Of a DNA stretch of 64,000 bases, positions 1 to 8,128 are shown piece after piece (position 1 is the stretch's first letter; every line of letters begins with the position of its first letter). The notes beneath the pieces are model-generated. The model worked only from the letters and a program-made list of their open reading frames with translations. It searched no databases and was not told the origin of the DNA. Source of the stretch: Tortispora ganteri (taxonomy: Eukaryota); assembly GCA_003707115.1 (NCBI GenBank), contig PPNB01000005.1, forward strand, positions 62,001 to 126,000, in the 5' to 3' direction. The translations under genes and the position numbers were made by a program.

Positions 1-994
1 CACGCATGTGATAAGTATTTGGATGGTCGTGGTCACGGCCACCTTCGAGACCTCTCTCATGGGCGGTAACAGCATATTGATTTGTAGAGATTGGATTTCC
101 TTTCAGTGGTGTGAATTCAGTTGATATTACTTTGACGAAGTAGGAGTAGGCGGTGAAAGGGTCGTCGGCATGAGCGATTGCACCATCAAGAGGATTTAGG
201 ACCATCTGAGAACCGACTATATCAGGGTTAACTTCAGGGCCAAAATGCAAGGCATGGATAGTGTGAGATACGGTATACTCACCTTTATGTTTTGCGTACT
301 GGGAAAGGTCATGAGCATGCTGGCCGGAGTAGACGCTTGTTTCGCCTGGAACGAAATGAAAGTTCCCTTTTACTTTTTTGACAAGGATATTTCCAGCCAT
401 GTTACAGCCACCGGTATTAGCAAAACGGTTTTTTTCTGGATACTTTTCACGAACACATTGTTCGAACTCTGAACCGTCCTCGAACTGCCACTTCCGCTTA
501 TTGTATCTATCTATAACTTCTTGACAAGTATTGCAACAGTCATTTTCACCAGACTCAGTGCCATAGCAGGGGCCGCAGTAGTTTTCTGGAAGCGGTTCGA
601 CGTCTTTTTCGAGCATTGCAATTCTTGCGGCCTCTTCGGCGACCGTTTCGACCGAGGTAGGGTTACCTTGAGCGTCGAGTCGTGTTTTTAAGAGATTATC
701 GGTGAGTCCAGTGCGCACGTCGCCAGTGACGTCGATAATGTCAAGGGATATCATACCGCAAGGAATAGTAGGAAATGATATATTAATATATATTGACATA
801 TCTTCACCTCTGAGGGTGTCGACGACTAGTTGCGGCTTATACTCTGTTGAGGTGTACTCCTTCCATTCCGAGAACGTGAGCACAATCATGATTAATATGG
901 AAACCAAGGTAATCATTCCACCGGATGTAGTTCGCACCCTCGCATCTTCGGCAGTTTTAACAAAAAGATCATAAGCTCTGAGAGGACTTGTCAT
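1..994 (-). CDS. ERV46: ER-derived vesicle protein Erv46/ERGIC3 (3' part runs off the window)
   Basis: Not in the ORF track. Manual translation from ATG at 994: MTSPLRAYDLFVKTAEDARVRTTSGGMITLVS, a TM segment, INISFPTIPCGMISLDIIDVTG, then the Cys-rich YCGPCYG...CCNTCQEV...W...EQC segment typical of Erv46. Confidence 0.9.
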   Translation of the reverse strand, partial: MTSPLRAYDLFVKTAEDARVRTTSGGMITLVSILIMIVLTFSEWKEYTSTEYKPQLVVDTLRGEDMSIYINISFPTIPCGMISLDIIDVTGDVRTGLTDNLLKTRLDAQGNPTSVETVAEEAARIAMLEKDVEPLPENYCGPCYGTESGENDCCNTCQEVIDRYNKRKWQFEDGSEFEQCVREKYPEKNRFANTGGCNMAGNILVKKVKGNFHFVPGETSVYSGQHAHDLSQYAKHKGEYTVSHTIHALHFGPEVNPDIVGSQMVLNPLDGAIAHADDPFTAYSYFVKVISTEFTPLKGNPISTNQYAVTAHERGLEGGRDHDHPNTYHMR

Positions 995-1102
995 GGTTGC
1001 TCGAGGTAGATGGTAAATGTAGCGCGGTGCTTGGGATAAAGGGGTATTTGGTCTACGTGATTAATGATCATATTCCATTCATTTATTCATTTAAAATCAT
1101 TA

Positions 1103-3103
1103 TCATATCATCTTTAATCGTAATTTCCAATCATTATACAAATCAGGCGAAATATCTGCAGAATAAGCAATCGATAATGCCCACATAATATCCTGACTAG
1201 ATAAATCGCCAATTCGTGTCTGTCGTGTAAAAATAGCATCCACAAATGGTTCTCCAAATTCCTTTTGATTCAAACTGTAAAACGAACTTACCGCTGCAAC
1301 TATGTCCCTAAAAGTACTAGCGCTCACTTTCACGTCTTCAATCATTGCACAAATAGCTTCCAGTATCAGCTCGTAACGCACCAACTTTTTGTGTTTCCGT
1401 GCATGCTTCTTATTGTAATGAATGCACTGTTCTAGAGCTTTAAGTGACAAGTCTCTTTCTATCATTTCATGCATCAACCTTTGAATACAATTATCTGCGC
1501 CAAAATTGTGTACCATATTCCACGCCATACCAAAATCGGCCTTATCAATAAACCTATCACAGTATTGTCGGCTCATCCATACTGGTGGGTTCTTCGAATG
1601 CTCAAACAAAACATGCAAACTCTTCAGTCCTATGCCATAGTAAGAGTTATGCTCAAAAAGAGCCCCAATACCGTTGCTCGTATACACGCTGCGTTTCCCG
1701 ATCTTAGTGGAACACAGACAGTATATAACGTAACATAAGAACCCAAACTCTTCGGCAACCTGTAATTCAGCATCGCTATTCAAAACAGTAGAGTATAACT
1801 GGTCATAGTAGCCTTGTAAAACCTGGTAAGAAATGTGTGTTTCACCTATACGCGCCAGTTCCACGACGGCGACGCTTCGTTCCTGCCGCGGAAGGCTATG
1901 GCGGAGCGCAGAAACTAGGTGTTGAATAGTACTACGACTCTCATTCATGAGCAGGCTATTCTGTTTAGCATGAATAACACACTTAACAACGTTCTTATAC
2001 TCTTCAACAGTAACAGGAGAAGCCAATTTTAGCGCAGAGTGTAGAAACAATGGCCGCGAGGTATCGTCTAGGCTGCGCAATGCAGAGTCCATAAAATGAT
2101 AAGAGCCTTCCGTAGAGAGCAAAGGTGCACAGGTTTCTGCAAGCACAGCAAATAGGTTAAGACCCCGAAAAGCAGTCTGAAATTTCTGACAAATTATAAA
2201 TGCCTGAACGCGATCTGTTGAGGAATAGTATTCCAAAATGCTGGCGACTGTCGTAGGGCTTATTCGTATAAAAGAGCTAAAGGCTAGCAGCAGCTCTGTA
2301 AACCGTGGTATGCGATCCTGCACAAAGTACAAATCAAGCATAGAAGATACCACAGCCTTCGACAAATAGACGCGGCTTTTGAGCAGACGGAAAGCAAAAT
2401 TTCCAATGGCCTCATTGGTATACTCGTGCTGATACCGTTTAAGTAGATCGAGTAATGCGACATAGGATCGAGAGTCGAGCGGCGATGGGGTATAGGAGTT
2501 AAGAACAGAGGAAAAAGTAGAATAGTCTTTATGAGCCCAGTATTTATTAAGAAGAATAGTGAGTAGATCAGCAGTATATTTCGAGGGATCTAAGTATAGT
2601 ATATCTTCGAGTTGGTGGAGGGAAGTTGCATTTTGTGCGTCGAGTTTGAGCTTGTAGTAGGCAACTAAGTCGCTCGGACTGGATGTTATACTAAGCTCAC
2701 CGACGAGTTGTACGGCGAGTGAACGCCAGTTATTTTGAATGCAGGTAGAGACGAGTTGCTCGACAGTCTCTAGGGTGGGATGAATGTTTGCGGGTATGAT
2801 ACTGAGTATATCTTGCAGAGGTAAGCTGTTCACAGAAACAGAAAGAGCCATAGGTATATTTCCGGACTTAACTAATCTAGTAACGAATGTTTGGAGAGTG
2901 GAGTAGGGCAGAGTCATGGTCGGCATTCTATTATAGATATCGCAGAGCGATTCTAGTCCCATAGTATCGACAGACTTTATGAAAGCGTCTCTTGTGTCAT
3001 AGTCTAAGAAAAACTGAGAAAAGTAGCCCCATGTTGAATTATTCCGAAAATCAAGAGGCCGTAGTAGCCGCATTTGCTGCCATAGCCGTATTCTCGGCCG
3101 CAT
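1103..3103 (-). CDS. Putative mitochondrial alpha-helical repeat (PPR-like) protein, function unknown
   Basis: Long ORF. First ATG at 3103 gives an Arg-rich presequence-like start (MRPRIRLWQQMRLLRPL) followed by a Leu-rich helical pattern. No diagnostic family motif seen. Confidence 0.55.
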   Translation of the reverse strand: MRPRIRLWQQMRLLRPLDFRNNSTWGYFSQFFLDYDTRDAFIKSVDTMGLESLCDIYNRMPTMTLPYSTLQTFVTRLVKSGNIPMALSVSVNSLPLQDILSIIPANIHPTLETVEQLVSTCIQNNWRSLAVQLVGELSITSSPSDLVAYYKLKLDAQNATSLHQLEDILYLDPSKYTADLLTILLNKYWAHKDYSTFSSVLNSYTPSPLDSRSYVALLDLLKRYQHEYTNEAIGNFAFRLLKSRVYLSKAVVSSMLDLYFVQDRIPRFTELLLAFSSFIRISPTTVASILEYYSSTDRVQAFIICQKFQTAFRGLNLFAVLAETCAPLLSTEGSYHFMDSALRSLDDTSRPLFLHSALKLASPVTVEEYKNVVKCVIHAKQNSLLMNESRSTIQHLVSALRHSLPRQERSVAVVELARIGETHISYQVLQGYYDQLYSTVLNSDAELQVAEEFGFLCYVIYCLCSTKIGKRSVYTSNGIGALFEHNSYYGIGLKSLHVLFEHSKNPPVWMSRQYCDRFIDKADFGMAWNMVHNFGADNCIQRLMHEMIERDLSLKALEQCIHYNKKHARKHKKLVRYELILEAICAMIEDVKVSASTFRDIVAAVSSFYSLNQKEFGEPFVDAIFTRQTRIGDLSSQDIMWALSIAYSADISPDLYNDWKLRLKMI

Positions 3104-3162
3104 CGGAAATACTACAAGAAACGAAAGTTGATGAACTTTGTAGGTGGGACTGAACCTTGACA

Positions 3163-5871
3163 ATGACAACAGAAAGCAAGAAAAAGCGGCTAGATGATGC
3201 CGACAAAACACCAACAGGATCACCAGCAGCGGACCTTTTGACTCCTGAAGAAGAAACAAATGGTGATGATGGCTATTTCATTCCATTTGACAAGATCGAT
3301 AAACCGTTCCAGGAAGAAAGAGAACTTGTACCTAGCGATCGCCCTGAACTAGGTGATTTGCAGTACATAAAAGCTGAAGACAAAAAACACTTCTCAATAT
3401 TATTTGATAATAATAAAACAAATAGTCAATTATCTAACAGTGAAGCAAGAGAGTTACGTATGGCCAAACTCGTTATCAAAGTGAAGAATGGCTCTCCATC
3501 TGCGCGCAAGACCGCAATGAGACAACTGACAGATAATGCGAGGATGTTCGGACCAGACTCGCTCTTCTCATTGTTATTACCTCTTATCATGGAACCCTCT
3601 GTCTCTGAGCAGGAGCGCCATCTACTGGTCAAACTCATAGGCCGCATACTATACAAGCTAGACGACCTAGTCAGACCGTACACGCACAAAATCCTTGCTG
3701 TTTTGCAGCCACTGCTGCTCGATAACGACAATATAACTAGAACAGAAGTTCGAGAGATTATATCTACACTTTCCAAGGCTGCTGGACTGCCTCATATGAT
3801 ATCTACACTCAGACCCGACATAGACAATGATGATCCACAAGTCAGAGATGCTACAGCGAAAACTCTCGCAATAGTAGCCACATCTCTTGGCCTCGACAAC
3901 GTTTTGCCATTTATAGAAGCTGTTTGCCATTCAAAGAGAAAGTGGGAAGCAAGGTTTACAGGTCTCAAAACAGTGCGCGAAATAACTGTTCTTGTTGGCG
4001 TCGGCGTTCTTCCTTACCTCTCTACGTTGGTAGAGTGTGCTGCTTTCAGCATGCAAGATGAACGCACGCGCCTCAAAGTACTCGCAGTTGACGTTTTATC
4101 GAATCTTGCAGAAACCGCGTCGCCATACGGTATAGAATCTTTTGAGCCCGTACTTAGGCCGCTCTGGCTAGGAATACGCAAACACAGCGGTAGGCCACTT
4201 ACGTCGTTCATCAGATGCGTTGGTAATATAGTTACTTTAATGGACCCAGAGGACGCTGATCACTATGCTAAAAGGGTCATGAACATAGTGGTCCGTGAAT
4301 TTAGCTCACCAGACGAGCAAATGAAACTAGTAGTACTCAAAGTACTCAGACAATGTGTTGCTGCGCAAGGTATTGAAAACCAATATATATTATCTGAAAT
4401 TATGCCTCCTTTTTTCAAAGAATTCTGGACAAGAAGAATGGCTTTAGATGCTAGAAACCGCAATGCTGTCATCGAAACCACAGAAACACTCGCTCTGCGT
4501 GTAGGTGCATCCGCCGTTATAGAGCAATTAGTGGCCGCTTTGAAGAATGAGTCCGAGCCATTTAGGAGAATGGCAGTTCAAGCTATGGACAAAATTATAA
4601 CTAATCAAGGTGGTGCAGAAATACCTGTGCGCATAGATAGCCTCTTGATAGATGGCCTGTTGTACGCATTCCAGCAGCAGACGATAGAAGATCATGTTAT
4701 ACTAAATGGCTTCGGTATAGTTGCGACCACTTTGGGTCTTCGAATGTCTCCATTTATTGACGAAATCTCATCAATAATTTTATGGAGACTGGATAATGCA
4801 TCTCTTACTGTTCGAATACAAGCTGCTGACTTGATATCTAAACTAGCAGCAGTTATTCATGAATGTGAGCGCTTTGATATTCTCAGCAAAATGGGTACCG
4901 TCCTATATGAACAGCTAGGCGAAGAATATCCAGAGATACTTGGCTCTGTTATCAATTCTCTGAATTCGATACTGTTGGCCGTTGGTATAGAAGAAATGAC
5001 CCCACCAGTGTCTGACCTTGTGCCACGAATCACTCCGATCTTGCGAAATAGACATGAAAAGGTGCAAGAGAACTCAATAAAGCTGATTGGAAACGTTGCA
5101 AATGACGGGCCAGAAAGTATATCTGCCAGAGAATGGATGCGGATCTGCTTTGAGCTACTGGAAATGCTAAAGGCACCTCAAAAGGCTATTAGAAGAGCAG
5201 CCAATGACACATTTGGCTATATAGCTCAAGCTATAGGCCCGCAAGATGTGCTTGTTGCACTGATGAACAATCTAAGAGTGCAAGAACGTCAATTGCGTAT
5301 ATGTTCTGCTGTTGCTATTGGTATTGTCGCAGAAACATGTGCGCCGTTCACAGTTCTTCCTGCACTAATGAATGAATACCGCGTTCCTGAAATACACGTT
5401 CAAAATGGTGTTTTAAAAGCTCTTTCATTTATGTTCGAGTATATTGGTGATCTCTCCAAGGATTACGTCTACGCAATTGCACCACTTCTAGAAGATGCAT
5501 TGCTCAATCGCGACAAAGTCCACCGACAAACAGCTGCTACAGCTACGAAGCATTTAGCACTTGGATGTATTGGTCTTGGATGCGAAGATGTGATGCTTCA
5601 TTTACTGAATTTACTTATGCCTAATGTTTTCGAATCATCCCCTCATGTCATTGAGCGTATTTTAGAAGGAATTGATGGAGTTCGTGCGTGCCTTGGACCA
5701 GGTATTATCTTGAATTACACACTTGCAGGTTTGTTTCATCCTGCTCGAAAGGTTAGAACGCCTTACTGGAGTATCTACAATTCAATGTACGTGCAAAGCG
5801 CTGATGCAATGGTTCCATATTATCCTGAGATTGAAGAAATTTCCAGGCCAGAACTACTTGAATTCATTTGA
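3163..5871 (+). CDS. HSH155: U2 snRNP SF3b subunit 1 (Hsh155/SF3B1)
   Basis: HEAT-repeat motifs KVKNGSPSARKTAMRQLTD, ERHLLVKLIGRILYKLDDLVRPY, PYGIESF, ILRNRHEKVQEN, REWMRICFELL, GLFHPARKVR. First ATG is at 3163. Confidence 0.97.
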   Translation: MTTESKKKRLDDADKTPTGSPAADLLTPEEETNGDDGYFIPFDKIDKPFQEERELVPSDRPELGDLQYIKAEDKKHFSILFDNNKTNSQLSNSEARELRMAKLVIKVKNGSPSARKTAMRQLTDNARMFGPDSLFSLLLPLIMEPSVSEQERHLLVKLIGRILYKLDDLVRPYTHKILAVLQPLLLDNDNITRTEVREIISTLSKAAGLPHMISTLRPDIDNDDPQVRDATAKTLAIVATSLGLDNVLPFIEAVCHSKRKWEARFTGLKTVREITVLVGVGVLPYLSTLVECAAFSMQDERTRLKVLAVDVLSNLAETASPYGIESFEPVLRPLWLGIRKHSGRPLTSFIRCVGNIVTLMDPEDADHYAKRVMNIVVREFSSPDEQMKLVVLKVLRQCVAAQGIENQYILSEIMPPFFKEFWTRRMALDARNRNAVIETTETLALRVGASAVIEQLVAALKNESEPFRRMAVQAMDKIITNQGGAEIPVRIDSLLIDGLLYAFQQQTIEDHVILNGFGIVATTLGLRMSPFIDEISSIILWRLDNASLTVRIQAADLISKLAAVIHECERFDILSKMGTVLYEQLGEEYPEILGSVINSLNSILLAVGIEEMTPPVSDLVPRITPILRNRHEKVQENSIKLIGNVANDGPESISAREWMRICFELLEMLKAPQKAIRRAANDTFGYIAQAIGPQDVLVALMNNLRVQERQLRICSAVAIGIVAETCAPFTVLPALMNEYRVPEIHVQNGVLKALSFMFEYIGDLSKDYVYAIAPLLEDALLNRDKVHRQTAATATKHLALGCIGLGCEDVMLHLLNLLMPNVFESSPHVIERILEGIDGVRACLGPGIILNYTLAGLFHPARKVRTPYWSIYNSMYVQSADAMVPYYPEIEEISRPELLEFI

Positions 5872-5972
5872 TCAGTACAGACTCTGAAACTACTCAACCT
5901 ACCTCTTGTAAAAGAATTATAAAGAAAGCGATTAATGACCATTTATATCATTCCGAAAAGAATATGCTGAAA

Positions 5973-7637
5973 TTAGTAGTATTTTTCGTTATTTTCATAA
6001 GGACAATCTAAGGCATTATGTCCTTCGCGTTCACATAGACCGCACCATAGAGGACGTCCAGACGCAGCGTCTTGCAAAGAAAAAGTGTCGATGCTATTGA
6101 CCTCCAATTTGTTTATCGAGGATATTTCCGAATCTGCAATGTCAGCAGGAGCCTTCAAAGTTAGGTTATCAGACTTTTGAGTGTTTTGAAATCGTGAATT
6201 TTTAGAAATGTCATTCAGCACAGTTTCTGAGTCACCGATTGACAGGTCCTGCTTAGACAACACATCTCTTTCCACCATTCTTTCAAGCGAAATAATGTTC
6301 TCCTTCAATTCCAAGATAGTACTATCTTTCGTTTTTATTTCATAGTTGAGATCAGATATCTGCTTATTCAAATTTGCACATATCCTGTCAGCTTGCTCAA
6401 CCTTAGCAGACAAAGAATTTACGCTGCTCTCTAGTACCGACTTTTCATGCTTTGCCGTATCTAGCTCAGCTCTTAAAGCGGTTAAATTTCGGTTTAGTGA
6501 TCGGATTTCTTCTTGGGCAGTAGAGTTTGTATTTTGAGATTCTTGAAGCGATTGTTCAGTTTGCAGAAGTTGGGTTTGAAGTTGATGTAATGTGTCATTG
6601 AAAGCATCTGCGTCTGCCGTATCAGGGCTATTAGACGAATTAACTGTGAGATCTTGAATTTGGACTTCGAGCTGAGCTATACGAGAAAGATAACCCATGT
6701 CTGCAGTTTCAGCATTATTTTTCAGTTCGTCTATAGTTTCTAAAAAGCCAGCGCGGTGTGTTTCAAATTCCTCTCGTTGGTATTGAATAAGTGCGTCTTT
6801 CTCTTCCAAAAGCTTGTTGAGTTCGAGAACTGTTTCCTCTAAGGATGATTTTTCTGGACTTTCTGAAGACTCTAAAGAAGCAAGCTGAGCACTGATATCG
6901 CGGATTTGAGCCTGGAGATCAGCATTGAGATCAGTCTGTTGCTGGCATCTGCTGAGAGATGAGTCTAGCGCTTTTCTAGCGTCATCGAGTGCAGAGACCT
7001 GAGACTTCAAATCACGCGTAAGTTCTGCAATCGTGCTCTCTTGGTCCGATATAGTTGCATGTAGCGATACCTCTATGGCCTTGTGGTCTTCAAGTGACTT
7101 TTTGAGCATGTCAAGTTCTTTAAGCAGCTGTACATGATCAGAAGATGGCGGCCGCGACTGTTTCTGAGGCGATGAGTGCAGAGCAGAGGACCTACGCACC
7201 GCATTAGTGGACGAAGTTGATCTAGGTGCGGCCGGCGAGCCTGCGGAAGATTTTGCCGAAGTGATTGATCTGACGGCAGTTGCAGAAGATGCAGAGGAAG
7301 ATAGTTTACGGGGGGTGCGCGATACAGGAGCGTTCACAGGCCGCAACGGCCGCGATCTCAATGGGGAAGGCGAAGGGGATTGATTGACGACATGCTTAGC
7401 AGGGTTTAGCAATTTTAGTTTAGGTATGGCGACAAACATACCGGAGTTTACAGGACAGTCAAAGTAGATCTTGGATTTGACGTTCCCGGAGTTCCTGCCC
7501 TTGCCTTTGTACATGTTGTCAAGACATATCCCGGCATATATGCCAGAATGAGGAGGCACCTCACCTATGTATTTGATAATGCCGTGCATACCGTCAGGAA
7601 CGGCTACCGTATCACCGAGCTTGAAATTCTCCGACAT
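5973..7637 (-). CDS. BIK1: CLIP-170/Bik1/Tip1-like microtubule plus-end protein
   Basis: N-terminal CAP-Gly (GIIKYIG...GRNSG...YFDC...GMFV), Ser/Pro/Arg linker, long coiled coil, C-terminal CCHC knuckle (WCGLCEREGHNALDCP) and EKYY tail. ATG at 7637. Confidence 0.88.
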   Translation of the reverse strand: MSENFKLGDTVAVPDGMHGIIKYIGEVPPHSGIYAGICLDNMYKGKGRNSGNVKSKIYFDCPVNSGMFVAIPKLKLLNPAKHVVNQSPSPSPLRSRPLRPVNAPVSRTPRKLSSSASSATAVRSITSAKSSAGSPAAPRSTSSTNAVRRSSALHSSPQKQSRPPSSDHVQLLKELDMLKKSLEDHKAIEVSLHATISDQESTIAELTRDLKSQVSALDDARKALDSSLSRCQQQTDLNADLQAQIRDISAQLASLESSESPEKSSLEETVLELNKLLEEKDALIQYQREEFETHRAGFLETIDELKNNAETADMGYLSRIAQLEVQIQDLTVNSSNSPDTADADAFNDTLHQLQTQLLQTEQSLQESQNTNSTAQEEIRSLNRNLTALRAELDTAKHEKSVLESSVNSLSAKVEQADRICANLNKQISDLNYEIKTKDSTILELKENIISLERMVERDVLSKQDLSIGDSETVLNDISKNSRFQNTQKSDNLTLKAPADIADSEISSINKLEVNSIDTFSLQDAASGRPLWCGLCEREGHNALDCPYENNEKYY

Positions 7638-7686
7638 CCTCACAGCTAAACGGCAAAGTCTAAAATTAAGCGCTCCGTGGAGATTG

Positions 7687-7693
7687 TGAGTCA
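7687..7693. promoter_or_regulatory. Gcn4/AP-1-type site TGAGTCA in the BIK1-CPA2 divergent promoter
   Basis: Perfect TGASTCA about 440 bp upstream of CPA2, a classical general-amino-acid-control target. A T11 tract lies at about 7808-7818. Confidence 0.55.
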
Positions 7694-8128
7694 GACGGAG
7701 CGCGCGCGTATGTTTATGACAGGTCAATTTTTGAAATTACCCGGCCTAATCAAGATTGAACTTTAAAAATGAGCAAAAAACCTTAAAAAAGCCCACACTA
7801 AGAAGACTTTTTTTTTTTCCATTATCTTTTCCTCCTTTAATCAGTGCTAATTCACTGCAAGGAATCTCGCTGCTTCTTTTTCTCTGAAGCTACTGCTACG
7901 AGGTGCGGAATTGCTATATAGTTATACAAACCTACTGATAACTGACCATTGCTGCCGCTGTTACTACCGTACACGTATATCGATCTCGATAAGGAGTTCT
8001 AACCAGACCCTCCTATATTTGTCTTATATCGAATCTATTTTTGGCACTGTATTCCAATTAGTCTTGCAGTTTTATTCTTAGCTAGCAACTAGATCGCTTT
8101 TGGTAACATCCTCGATATACATCTCACG

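Noticed and set aside
3104..3259. 5' extension of the 718-aa ORF overlapping HSH155
   Set aside because: Non-ATG start that is antisense to the HSH155 N-terminus. The ATG at 3103 gives a sensible presequence. Similar non-ATG extensions were trimmed for HSH155, BIK1, the PWWP gene, BRR2, MDM20 and PXR1.
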